Of a stretch of 64,000 bases of DNA, positions 23,661 to 36,815 are shown one piece after another. The stretch comes from Magallana gigas. Taxonomy: Eukaryota. The notes beneath the pieces were generated by a model. That model saw nothing but the letters and a program-made list of their open reading frames with translations, made no database searches and was not told where the DNA came from. The stretch lies in the NCBI RefSeq assembly GCF_963853765.1, contig NC_088858.1, forward strand, positions 50,654,001 to 50,718,000, in the 5' to 3' direction. The position numbers and the translations under genes were made by a program. Position 1 is the stretch's first letter. Every line of letters starts with the position of its first letter.

Positions 23661-23813
23661 NNNNNNNNNNNNNNNNNNNNNNNNNNNNNNNNNNNNNNNN
23701 NNNNNNNNNNNNNNNNNNNNNNNNNNNNNNNNNNNNNNNNNNNNNNNNNNNNNNNNNNNNNNNNNNNNNNNNNNNNNNNNNNNNNNNNNNNNNNNNNNNN
23801 NNNNNNNNNNNNN
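23661..23813. other. Assembly gap (153 N)
   Basis: Run of N. Confidence 1.
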
Positions 23814-24671
23814 GTAGTCTATATATAGCTGATTGCCATCAATTGTCCACCTCAAAAAAAAAAATCCATTAAATCACCCAAGTCCATGTAACGTGATTCA
23901 CTTTTTTCGGACACATATATTGGATCGAATAATACTTTTAGATAATTAATTATAAACGAAATAAGAATTTGGAAGTATAGTTTTCTATGTAGCGCAAGGA
24001 AACGATAAACAATAACGGTTGATGTACATGTAATCCAAAATAACTCCTGAGAAAGACAGGTGTGTGTAATAAAATATAACCTTACAAATGACAACATGAA
24101 GAAGTATACAATTTATCGGACTATGTGACATAATTATAAATACTTTATTACGAAGGTGATATTTTATTTTACTTTGTGAATTGGGTCATTCATTTTTATG
24201 CAGTTCATTTCGAATTTCGTACTTAATCTTTGTTTTGAAGATTTAAAAAGTCCTGCAAAAAATAAAAGTTACCGGTAAATACATGTAGTTTTAGATTTTA
24301 CATTTTCTTTGTTTTTTAATCTTTCATCAACTTTATTACCTTTATTGCCTGGTGGGTATTTTAACTAAGGAACATATTAGATATATCTTACAGCTTTAAT
24401 TTCCGCAGCACATATAAGATTTTATATCTCTGTTAGTCTAATTATTGTCATTTCGATACAATAATACTCAGAACGTACGATCCAAGTTGCACTCTGTCCA
24501 CTCTGTTGTTAAATTGCAGAACTTTAATTTTTTTATACAATTTGAGATTTTTGGCATTAATTCATTTAGAGGTATTCGTGAATTATAGACTTATTTTCAC
24601 AAAAAAGAAAACGATCACAATATTATCCATACAAAGTATTCTTCTTAAAAAGCAATATGAAGATAACGAAC

Positions 24672-24688
24672 AGAGAGAGAGAGAGAGG

Positions 24689-24726
<38 letters not shown>
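24672..24726. repeat. Interrupted (AG)n microsatellite
   Basis: Directly visible. Confidence 0.9.
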
Positions 24727-24727
<1 letters not shown>

Positions 24728-24772
24728 TTACATGTACATGTATATCACTTTCTGACTGTATTGTATTGGTAT

Positions 24773-24820
24773 CAGAGGCGGATCCAGCAATTTTGAAAAG
24801 GGGGGGGGGGGTTCCAATTG
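24773..24820. repeat. Fragment of a G-tract repeat beginning CAGAGGCGGATCCAGC
   Basis: GC-rich terminus followed by AAAAG(G)nTTCC; the AAAG(G)nTTCC motif recurs at 25441-25456. No matching other end seen. Confidence 0.35.
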
Positions 24821-25452
24821 ATGAAAATTAATACGTGCAAAATACATTATTTATCAATAAACAAAGCCTTTTGAACACTAAGAAACGAAAAATAATTCAG
24901 ACTTATTACGAAAAGCTATTATAAAAATGAATTTTTGGTAAAAAAAAAAAATATGTCTTTGATGTTTAAATTCTGAACGATTCTTGGAAACAAAACAAAA
25001 AAGGGCTTTCTTTTGTGTTTCATGTGGGTATGAAGGTACGGTATAGCTAGCATTCCAGAAAAATAGCCTAACTTGCATAAAATTAACTGTAATCGATTTT
25101 TTTAAAAAATAGAGTTGACAATACATTGTAGATGTTATTATAAATCTGTGTTTCTAGCGACACAGCTTAGTTAATTTTTTTTTAAAAATTCCACATGTTT
25201 ACTCATAGATGTGAGCACCGGATGCTGATGGGGAGTACCTTTTTCGATAAAAAAAATCGTTAGGGTTTTTCATATAAGAAATACATGTACATGTAAATTA
25301 CGGTGCGTTGTAAAAAAATCTTTCAATTAGCAATTTTAAAAGTATTTATTTGAAATAATTACAGTATTTATATTATAAATGGGGACAATTGCCTTTAAAT
25401 AGGCATTACAAGTTTTCAAAAAAATTTATATGTCCCAGATAAAGGGGGGGGG

Positions 25453-25456
<4 letters not shown>

Positions 25457-25526
<70 letters not shown>
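25457..25526. repeat. (GA)35 microsatellite
   Basis: Directly visible. Confidence 0.95.
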
Positions 25527-25528
<2 letters not shown>

Positions 25529-26465
25529 TTATCTTGTTTGCTATGATACAATATACCAATATACTGGTTTCAGTAAATGAAGAAAAAAATCAAAAATCAT
25601 TTTAAAGGCTGAACATTTTTACCGGGTGGGAAATCTCTGGTGCGGACAGGACTTAATTTTAAGAGGTGTGAAAGCCTCCGGGGCTGGAAGTCTACCCACA
25701 TATGCGGTCGTGAACGCTACTCATCACTATACACAGGAAGCAGATACTACACAAGATATAAATAATTGGTCAGAATTGGTCTTTGTTTGAATATCTTATT
25801 GTTCTAAAGACAACACGAAGCGATTTTATAAGGAAATGTTACGTGTCATCCGGATTTTCTTTAAGTGTGTAAAGCACAATTTAAAAAAAAATCAGTAAAC
25901 TACATATAATTCAGCTCCCAAAAATTTTACTCGGTACATTGTGTTTAGCATTTGACATTGTTTAATTCAACAAACATAATTGTGTAAGAAAACCATACGA
26001 TCAGTTAAAATGTTGAATGTAAAGGCAGCCATTATACGATGACAACTAATAGGTTCGTTCTCAATGGAGTGACGTTTTTGTGAAACAAGTTCCAATTGTC
26101 TGTATAACCAGTAAATACACCTTTAATAGCTCATAAGTTTGTTTTCAAAAGAAAATTGTATATGCATGATTTGGGCTGCACGCTCATTCATCTTCGTGGA
26201 ATTCATTTGGTCATAAACATTCACAATGATTCAAATATAAATTGCGTATTTTCAATTACTGAATAACAAAAATATTTTTCTCATTTATCCGACCTGTATA
26301 CAATTCACCTATTACGGAAAAAGAAAATAAATATGTTTGCCTATTAATTGAGGTGTCGCTTATAATTCAAGAGATGCTAAAATTAAATTGTGATGCATCA
26401 AAAATACTTGGGGTGTTTATGCCTCCCTGACTTTGGTCCGTAAACATTTGGGAGGATAGTTACAA

Positions 26466-26471
<6 letters not shown>

Positions 26472-26519
<48 letters not shown>
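26472..26519. repeat. (AG)24 microsatellite
   Basis: Directly visible. Confidence 0.95.
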
Positions 26520-26522
<3 letters not shown>

Positions 26523-27056
26523 TAAAACATCACTGGAGAAAAAATGTAGGTCCCATGATGGCATCCATTGTGTATTCCCCCCAATAACTGAACACATAGT
26601 GGAAAATAGCAATTTTCGAAAATAAAAATACAGTTACAGTAGAGCACATTTATAACGAACACAATTTTATCAGATCTCGTTTACGGCAAAATTATTTTCA
26701 TTCACTACATTTTTCAATCGTACAATGAACTCATTATTGATAGCAAATTGTGGTTTAAATCACTGTCACTGACACTCTTCGTTTTAGTTTAGTTTGTTTT
26801 ACTGCTGAAGGAAAACTAATGAACAAGAGAGTGCTAACTTTCGGGATAGAAATAAATATTGATGATATTTAAGAGTGTAGAAATGTCCTTAAATATACAG
26901 TGTGTCAGAATTTTCAAGACAGAAAATATGGGGAATTATAAATTAGGTTCACAATAAAATAAATTGCATAATTTTTTTATTTTTGTGGTAAATGTCGTGA
27001 ATAAAATTGCATATAACTGGCAATCGATGTAATAACGATTGTTCTCATTCAAACAG

Positions 27057-29325
27057 ATGCCAGGCACAGGAAAACGGGAATTCCCGTGTATTCTATGCAG
27101 GAAGCGAACAAAACCAACTGAGAGACGAACACTGACAGCAGAACTGAAACAATTGGTGCAGAAAATGTGTGTGTCCGATCCGTCTGATGAAGATGTACTT
27201 TGCACTGCATGTCGGATTAAATGCCATGTAAAGCTTAAGAAACACATAGAGAAAAAAGACACAGCGCCAAAGGATACGTTATTTTCACCACAACAACAAG
27301 GAAGCTCCTCCAGATACGCCAGGAGTCCACCCTCTGTCACCCTTCCGCTACCTTCGTCCGCCACCAGCCATGCCCGTTGTTTCATTTGCAAACGACCCGG
27401 ACCCAAACTAATTGTTGTGCCAACTAGTGAGAGAAACTCTGTTTTTCTGCATCAGAAAATCCTTATTCCATACGGTTCAAGGTGCTGTAGTAAACATATT
27501 CCGGATGGCAGGTTTACCTCAGATGCTCTGAAACAGATTCCCGTTTTCTCACAAACATCAAGCTTAAACAGGAGCTCCATCGTCGACATTTTACTGTATT
27601 TGCGAGAAACTGCTTTGAGATATGATACATCTCGAATTGATTTTGACCGAGAAAATGCTTTCAGTGATCAACAGTACACAACTCTTACCGGTCTTAGCAA
27701 GAATTCCTTTAACGACCTGTTGTCTTATATCAGCGACAGTGTTAAGAATACATCTGTACGCAGCGCTAGGAATAGCCTGGGGATTTTTCTTGTGAAGATG
27801 AAGTCCGGCCTTTGCAACAGTATCCTGTCAACCATTTTCAACGTCTCCAAAGCAAGCATCCGTCGGGCTATTCATACAGTGCGGAGGGCATTAATGGAAA
27901 ACTTTGTTCCCCAGAACCTTGGTTTTCAACACATATCAAGAGAAAGTATTATTCAACATCATACACGACCATTAGCTGAATCATTGTTTGGTGGAACCGG
28001 AAGTCAAGCCCTACTAGTGCTGGATGGTACCTATATATACATTCAAAAGAGCTCCAACTTCACTTTCCAAAGAAAATCCTACAGTTTGCATAAAGGCCGA
28101 CCACTCGTAAAGCCGATGGTGATTGTATCTACAAGCGGTTATTACATCTCTGTAATTGGACCCTATCTCGCAAGAAACAACGATGCAGCCATCCTTCAGC
28201 ACATCATGAAATCAAACAGGGAGGATGTATTGAAGTGGGTTGAGGAAGACGATATCTTCATTATTGATAGGGGTTTCAGGGATTCTGTTGCATACCTGGA
28301 AGAACTTGGCATTCAGGCTATCATGCCAGCTTTCATGAAAAAGGGGGAGAAGCAGGTGTCTACTCCAGATGCAAATACAAGTCGACTTGTAACAAAGGTA
28401 TACTGAGATTGATGCAATAACTATGAAAACCAATTTACAGTCATATCTTAAGTACATGTACTAATACGTTTCCTACTTATTTTTAGATTCGATGGGTTGT
28501 TGAATCGGCAAACGCTAGAATAAAACGATGGAAACTGCTTGACTGTATTCTACCCACTAGCCAAATACCATTTATTGGTGACTACGTCAAAATTGTTTGT
28601 AGCATATCAAACAAATACTACTCACCACTTTCTTCGGGTTCGTATATGTAATACATACATAAGATTTTAAAAGATTGCATGATAGATATTTTTAATCACT
28701 GAAATAAATATCAAACGTTTATTAATACATGTATTAATGATATTAATAACTTCATGCAGGTGACAGAGATGCCGATATGGCTGTTGCAGCCAAAATGCAG
28801 TTCCTTGCGAAACAAGTGAACCACCTTAAGGAGGAAGTCGAAGCCAGGAAACTGCACTCACGAGTAGCCATGTGGAGAAATCCTGAAGATCTCGATTCCT
28901 TGGGCTTCCCACATTTGGATGAAGATGATATTCGCAACATAACGTGTGGAGTGTATCAGCTTAAACTTGCTAGCAGTTATGCGGCGGAACATTTTCAAGA
29001 TGGAAGCAATATCTTGATACACAAAGAGGACCCGAATCTGCTGAGAATCAAAATTCAGAGTAGACATGTCTCTGCGAAATCATATCTGCTTTGGATTCGT
29101 TTTGATGAATCAAGTATAACGGGTTGGTACTGTCAGTGCAAAGCTGGGGCCCGAGTGGTAGGGGTTTGTGCGCACGTCGCGGCAGTTATTTGGTATATAG
29201 GACTCCGTAACTACAAAGGATCGTTTAAATCTGTCCAAGACTGGGGACGATTCGTTGATGACGCTTCAGTTTTGCCGGAACCAGTAGACGAGTCTGAGTC
29301 AGACGAAGATCTAGTTGAAGAGTAA
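27057..29325 (+). CDS. Spliced DDE_Tnp_4-type (Harbinger/ISL2EU-like) transposase with N-terminal Cys/His zinc motifs and C-terminal SWIM finger; exons 27057-28397, 28487-28637, 28760-29325 (685 aa)
   Basis: Joins ACAAAG|gtatac..ttttag|ATT and TCGG|gttcgt..atgcag|GT give an uninterrupted frame [28 protein letters not shown]. Catalytic motifs [15 protein letters not shown] and WVVESAN; HTH-like [24 protein letters not shown]; [21 protein letters not shown]. Confidence 0.9.
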
Positions 29326-31595
29326 ATTAAACGGAAGTTGTCAAATGAAATCACTGATATGTATCAATTGAATTGTAGATAGGGTAATTTTTTTGAAAGG
29401 TAGTTTTCATTTGTTGTTGTTTTTTAATTCTTTAAATCGACTCTCTTAAATGATATCTGATTTGTAGTACATATCATAATTATCAAAAGTTGAATTCAAT
29501 AACATGCTTGTCAATATGTGAACGTTTACTTTTCTAATGGCCACTTGCTGCTTTCATAGTCATCATATTATGTACTGTATGATTTTAAAGAATAACGATC
29601 GAAATTTTGATACATGAAAATATGTATAATGAAGGGGGAATCCAATATTCTTCTTTTTCAGTGTATTGTGTGTACGTTTAATATAGACATATAGTTTATA
29701 TAATGTCTTATGATATAGGTAAGTTCAAATAGAAAGTTTGATTAATATTTGTGACTAAAAATTTAAATAAAACATTTTTTTTTCATTTTATCGTAGACAA
29801 AAGTTTTTCATTGAGAAATGATAAAAATGTTTGAAAATTAAGAAAATTATGTGAATAAAAATCGTACATATGTATTCAACATGATCCTCAACAAGAGTCG
29901 CTTATAATTAGCGGACGATCCTAATATTTTTTACGCCTGAAGAAAATAATTTTAGATTGGGGGAAGGGCATAACTTTACTTTTCTTTAATTATTTTCGAA
30001 GGGGGGGGGGGGCAACTAAGCAAAAACCCCTTCACAAACAAATAAAAACAATTGTTTCATTTAGAGGGCACAAGCATTAGAATATGTTTAATACAGTACT
30101 CTGTAGAAATCAGCAATATTATGGAGGGGGTCACACTGTATCAGCAATATTATTTGGATGGGGTATGTACATGTACATATGCGTATTCACTAGGAAAGTG
30201 TCCGATTCGTTTCTTCTTCCGTTGCCCTTCCATATTCGGTGTAAATATATATACGAAAGTATCCCCAAACAACTTACCTCAGATTTTTTATTTTTACTTG
30301 TTTCTGCACCATCGATCACCAGCTCAATACGGTTGCGTGGTTTCACTGGTTTGTTTACGCATAAAAACGACGGTTTTTGATCCGCTTTCCGAGTAAGCCT
30401 AAGGTTGTTTAATAGGAGAAACTTTGGGGCAAGTAAAGCTACAATTATTAACAGAAGAACTACATGTAACTGAATAATTTTTAAAATAAATTATTTGCAC
30501 AAAATGTGATTATGTTAATCTTTTTAAAACCAGCGTATTTTTTGTGCTGTAAATTGCAATTTTTTTCGTAAGTATCATATGCACTGTAGCTTTATATTTA
30601 CCTCCCCATATTTTCTTCGTAGAGCTTCAGCCATATGTACCGTATGTATGTTTTGTCACAAGTATGTACACTTTCGAAAAATACCCCAGTTCGACGGACA
30701 CGAGTAACCCGGTGAATTTTTCATTCTCTGATAATTTGTCGTGCATAATTTAGTCTGAACCAGCAGCCAACCAAGCATTAAGCAGAATCCACCGATAAAA
30801 AAGTTTGTGGTTAAGGCGCGGGTATTTTTTATGCACGAAGTAGCTGTTAGAATTGAACGCGACGCCATCGATAAAAGTCAACCAAATCGGTTTTAATAAC
30901 ATTTATATAATTTTAAGCAATTAAACAATTAAATATCTGAATATAAATAAGGAAACCCCGCATGCGCCTCAATTATATGTTATTTGAATTTATTGGGCTG
31001 AATAGTAAAAAATAGATACGCAGTGTTATCACAGGCAACGACACTGAAAAATGTAAATATTTAATATAAAAAATAACATGAAAAAATGAATTATTTGAAA
31101 ATCTGACGTAGTCTTCTTGCTCATGACGTTGCATAGAGCAACGTCAAAATGATGCTACGTTATCGCAAAGTATACTGCATTTACCTTTCAGTAAAACATA
31201 AACAAAGCTTTAAACAGTTATAAATTGGTGATTTTATGAAAATATACCCTCTGTAAAAGTATTTTGAGGAACATTATCTAAGTTGGACATGGGGCCGAAA
31301 TTGACCCCAAACGCACTTGGTCCTTTGAAGAGGATTGTAAAGATTGTAATATTTTGAAAATCATACTTTTCAAAACTTTTTCTCCACCATTAGCTTAAAA
31401 TGAGAAAAAAAAATCAGTCGTCGTCTTTAAGCCAACTGGGCCCTCAATACCTTGATTTTAAATTTATCAATCAAAAAGATTTCCAATGAAAAAGTAAGAA
31501 AATACCTGAAGTATCGGATAATTTTCTTATTAGATTTTTTACTAAGCTGTTTTTACCTTGCCTAGCCTGTTATGGCCAAGTCCTTTTCCGTAAAG

Positions 31596-32009
31596 TCAGC
31601 CGTACACCCTTTTTCTCGGCAGTCTGTTTTCAACCAGAACTTTTCCGTACCCTCCCAAAAACAGATCGTTTCGAGGAAGAACACCATACAATTCCTTTCC
31701 ATAGAGTCCACCATACAGAACATTCTTTCTATTTGTTCCTGTTTCAATCACACCTTTTCCGTACGATCCTCTATACAGTTCGCTCCCAATAAGATCACCA
31801 TACAATTCCTTTCCATAGGGTCCACCATATAGAACATTCTTTTCATTTATTCTTGTTCCAATCAGACCTTTTCCGTACAATCTACCATACAGTTCGCCGC
31901 TCCCAATGAGATCACCATACAATGTGTTTCTACCATAGAGACTGTTTGTTTTGTATCCATAGCAAAAGGCCACAGAAAAAAGGACCACAAAAAAGATCAG
32001 TCGGATCAT
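31596..32009 (-). pseudogene. Gly/Tyr-rich gene copy B with in-frame premature TGA (137 aa; ancestral stop TAG at 31542-31544)
   Basis: Reads ..GTG TAC GGC TGA CTT TAC GGA AAA GGA.. and continues in frame as LYGKGLGHNRLGKVKTA*, homologous to the tails of the other copies. Confidence 0.75.
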
Positions 32010-35000
32010 CTAGAACAGAAATATTGATTGATCTTATTTCAAAATTAGGACTATTTGATTCATTTGGTATTAAGAAAAAATTAACATACGTCAATAATGA
32101 AATTTAAAATAAAGCAATTTGGCCTACCTTGCTGATAAACAAAAAGGATTTGGTAAAGATCCTGTGTGTTTAAAGCTCAATGTGCAGGGGTATATATACT
32201 AACATTCACGTAAAAGACAACCAAATATCATCAATAAAAACAGTCGTAATAACCACAATGTGACACAACTCCTACGAACATTAAACATTGAAAGAAATAA
32301 TTCATCACAGGAGGCCATAGTAAAAAAAAAAAAAGCAATACGAATTTATAAATTTGAAAAATAAGACAGGGTCATCGAGATTACGGAGCAAAAAACAGTC
32401 ATTAAGGTAATTGATTTATTCTACATATTGTGGTCCTCGTCGTCCCTAATTGACAATCATGATTTAATGTACTATTTCTTGGTATCATTATCATTATAAA
32501 TTTTCCAGTTTGAGTTCGACATATGCATGTCATTAGTTGATATTTAAATCAATGTTAAAGCTCATAAAAACATAGATTAGTTATTTAATTTCTAATTTTA
32601 CTATTTTTATAAGCTCAATAAAGTAGAGAATAATTACATAAACAAAAATTATGCGTAATAAAGACTATACACATATATGGATATACAAATTTAATTCATA
32701 CGTGTGGTTATACTACTCGTGTGAGAAACCTTTGCTTTATCACACGGGCGATGCTTCATCAATACTTCCGGTCCGAACTAATTTTGACATAGCCCTCGCT
32801 TAAACGCTTCAGCGACCTATTTTCGAAGATTTGCAAGTACTTTCAACATAATTGTATCTACTACCAAAAATTAAAATATAATGGATTTTGTCAAAGATTT
32901 AAATTACAAATATGAAAGAAAACACATAACTGTTAGGCATAAGCGTCAGAACCGGAACCGGAGGAGAGGGGGTTTTAGGGGGAGGTTATACATAACCGTA
33001 ACCAAAGACTTTTCGTTTTTTGCTTGTCGAAACTTTTGATAAGTTTAGCCCACCACCCCCTTTCAATTTGCTTCCAGCGCCACTATCTGGTTTTTAAAAC
33101 TCCAAATCACTTAATCTATAAAGGAGTACATCCTGACGACGCGATGAAAACAGAACGTTTTGGTTGTGTTTATATACAAGAATGCACAGAAAATAAAGTT
33201 TTTAAAGACTTTTATTCCACCACCAGTAAGCATCCTAACTCAATATTTTCAATTTCAAATCATTAAGCTACAATTTGTTTTATAAATCATCAACAGCTGT
33301 TCCTCGTTCGAGTCAATTCAAACTAACGAGCATTCGCAACTTTCTGAATGTCAACAAACTTGATTCTTCGAGTCGTCTGATCAGTATTTCAATTAAATCA
33401 AGTGATTATGCTCTAAGAAATATTATTAAGAGCTGAAAATATTTTTCAAGGTTTATTTTAGTTTGACTTTACATTTAAACAGATAGATTGATCTTCGAAA
33501 TGACGTTCTAAATTGCATTGCGCATGGACATAGTAACTGCTTAACAAAGGTCAAATGTATGAGATAAATAGAACATCTATAATTGTGTGATTTATTTTAC
33601 ATTTGCTTTAAAATTATCCAACCAGTTGAAATGGTTATATTTGTTCTGCAAGACTTGCGAATATATACACCATTTCAACTTGCTGGATAAAGCAAATATA
33701 AAATCTCAAAATATAGATATCCTCTATATATTTGCAAAAATGTAAACATAAGCATGTATACCATCATTGTTTATATACATGCAATGAGACTGGGATTATT
33801 GAAGAGGATAGATAGAGAAAGGGGGTGAGAAAATGGGCCTTGGATAGAGGTTTTGGTATATGGATTTATTTTTATGGTAAAAAAAAACACTGGACAAAGA
33901 AAGATTTCGAAATGATACTTTTATGACTTTCTTATAGTAAGAAACAATTATAATTTAGTACTGATATGTTGGCAGTGTCTTCCATATTAATAATTACCAC
34001 AGTGTTTTAGTAATAAATATTTCTATTATTGTTTTCTCTAGACAACGAAACTATAGGGGGTAATCTGGTGTTTGCTAAATACAAGTTTCTTTCTTTCTTC
34101 TGTCATTTTGCAAAGTCGCCAGACGACTCGTTACCAATTCAATACCATTTCGAAGAAATCTCTGTCATGCATTGGAATAAAAAATACAAATCACATTCCT
34201 ATGGTATAAAGGAGGTGCTACAACAGCTTCTATCAATAGCATTTCAGATGGTCAAATTAAAGAACCTGGGCGCTGGAAGTCAAGAGCTTATAAGTGCTTA
34301 GTAAATGTACCAACCTCAAAGTCAATCTATAATTGAAATGTTAAAGTGTGTACCTTTTTTCTTGCAGCTTACTTGATTTTTGTATGTTGTCTGATCATAA
34401 TGGTGTGCACAGAAATGTTGACTTGTTTATTTTGATTGTGTTTATATATATTTATTCTTTCAGAAGGTGTTGGATCTTCAATTATTTGCCATGCATTCGG
34501 TTATGCTAGGATGAATGGGGGATCCAATCTTGAGTTTCTCCCATAGAAGCTATCATAAAGTTGCAGGGAAAAGACGGCATGTGATGGCGACATGTCCTCT
34601 CCTAAATCAGGCAATTGTTACGGTATTGGTACGGCATTGTCTGGTTTATCATTGTGAAGGTAATGACATTGGTAAGATAAAATGTTTTGAATTGTGCGAG
34701 ATAATGGAGAAATCTTTGAATGCTCTTTCTTGAATGTTGCGAAGAACGAAAATCATGTGGTCACAAATACTGCCAAAACCAACATGGCGTAAGACTAGAA
34801 ACAATAATGCTCTCAATAAGACAAGAGTGTGAGTTAAAAGCTTTGGTGCTACAAGAATCTTGGAACACCATGGAAGCTATGTTCGCTATCTAAAGATAGC
34901 TTCAACTGACCAAAGCTTATTTAGGGCCTATGGTTGCATTAGAAAGAAAATAAAATTGTCCTAGCCTTATAACTAAGAAAAGTTTTATGTCGTCTGGTGT

Positions 35001-36815
35001 ACGAGTTAACCCTTTGGCTTAGGGTAATGACCATGGCACACACTTTATTCTTAGCCAAATACCAATCATTAACTAAACATTCTAAATTCTTAGACTATGA
35101 TTTTCTAAAACATTTTAGTATTCATCTTAATGATAGTGTTCAGCTGTTGTCTTTAAGGCGGCAAACACTTCGTGTCCATATGGCACAATCTTTAGCTAAA
35201 CTTGAATAGGGTTATATTTAGTGAGCATCTGGTCCTATGGCTCGCTGCAACTCTTATCTTCAATTTGCTTCTTTGTTAAAATTAGATATGTTTGATTCTC
35301 CAGTATCGGTTTAACAGCTTTATATGTATACTTCAATATTTCTGGTTTATTTGCATACTTCAAGTGCATTTCCATTTACATGTATTTGCCATTTGGTTGC
35401 TATTATCCTTTTTTACATGGGTCGGTAACCTTGCTTACAAATACAAATGTAACCAGTCAATGATTGTTAAAGTAAAAGCAAAATGTAACTCAAATGAATC
35501 ATCTCTGCGTAAAGAATTTGAAAATTATATCATATTGTTGATAATTCAGTAAATCGATCAATGCTCCTGAGTTGCATAGTGAATGATTCCAAAGAGAAAT
35601 ATCTTTTCAATGCAACGAAATCAATATTTTTTAAATTTTCGTGCCTTTCATCTTTAAATACATTTTGTTTGAATGTTTTGACATATCAATTCCCGGGAAA
35701 ACTATAACACGGTCTTCAAATTAAATACAGGTTAAATACCACAAACAACACGTGTGATAAATCTCAATACTAAGCAACGAAATAGACTGATAAAACAAAG
35801 TCTGAGTTTTTCCCTTCCATGATTTATTTGGTGTGTTAATCATTCAAAGACAGTTATAAAGTACAATGTACAGATGTAGTTTCCTGGGACGTCAAATGAG
35901 ATTGGAACCATTAATAGTAACCCTGTAAAAAAGGAGATTTATTAATGTAAAATGCATGCACCATCCTTAAATTTATTATAGAATACATTGGCACGATATC
36001 AGTTCTTGCACGATATAGGATGTTCAGTAATATTAAGGTACATGTATACACTATATTATTTTCATTTCGTTGACTAGAAATAATAGTGCTTTGGTTGGAA
36101 CATAAGCAAATCAGTTATAAGCACATTAAAATTATTTATCACAGTATTTCTTTTTCCAGAAAATTATAATATATCAATGATTGCAAACTGGTCTAATATG
36201 ATCTTAACGGATAACAATGTAATTATCAAAATGCCAAAAAAGTAACCTTTACAGAAGAAAAAGGCTGGACAGTTCATAATTAATTGATTAACAATTGAAG
36301 CATTTTGATTGCAGATTATTCTCAACAAAACGGTATTATATATTCTAAAAACATAAAAATATTTTTTAAGATTAGAAATATTCCACAGCGTCAGAAGTTT
36401 TGATTTTAAAAGAGCATTTATGTGGTATATAATGTCATGTGATCCTCATACTTTTAAAATATGACGGTCTGAAAGATGGAGGCAACGTATTTCATACATA
36501 ACTCTTACATTGGCAGGTTACATGTTTTGATCAGAAACTATATACAGTTTACCAAATATAGTAAACAAAGCTAAATCATCGTATACTCTTAAAAGAAAAA
36601 AATTGAAGAGGATTGTAAAGATTGTAACATTTTGAAAATCATAATTTTCAAATCTTTTTCTCTACCACAAGTTAAAAATGAAAAAAAAGTCGTTGACTAT
36701 AAATCAGCTGGGCCCTCACACCTTGATTTTAAATATATCAATCAAAAAGATTTTCAATGAAAAAGAAATAAATACCGGTATGAGTATCGGATAGTTTTCT
36801 TATTAGAATTTTTTA

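Larger units (their letters stand above)
22599..31325 (+). mobile_element. ~8.7-kb PIF/Harbinger-ISL2EU (PHIS)-type DNA transposon inserted in the copy B flank
   Basis: Ungapped imperfect 35-bp inverted termini (22599-22633 versus 31291-31325, 22/35 identical; AAG..CGTTT..GGCCCC). Flanked by TGA|..|TGA (TTGAA also parses as a direct repeat). Host flank homology stops and resumes at these points. Contains a DDE transposase gene. Confidence 0.7.

Noticed and set aside
23619-23855. ORFs across the N run
   Set aside because: Artefacts of the assembly gap.
26936-27406. 156-aa minus-strand ORF
   Set aside because: Antisense to the transposase first exon; no motif.
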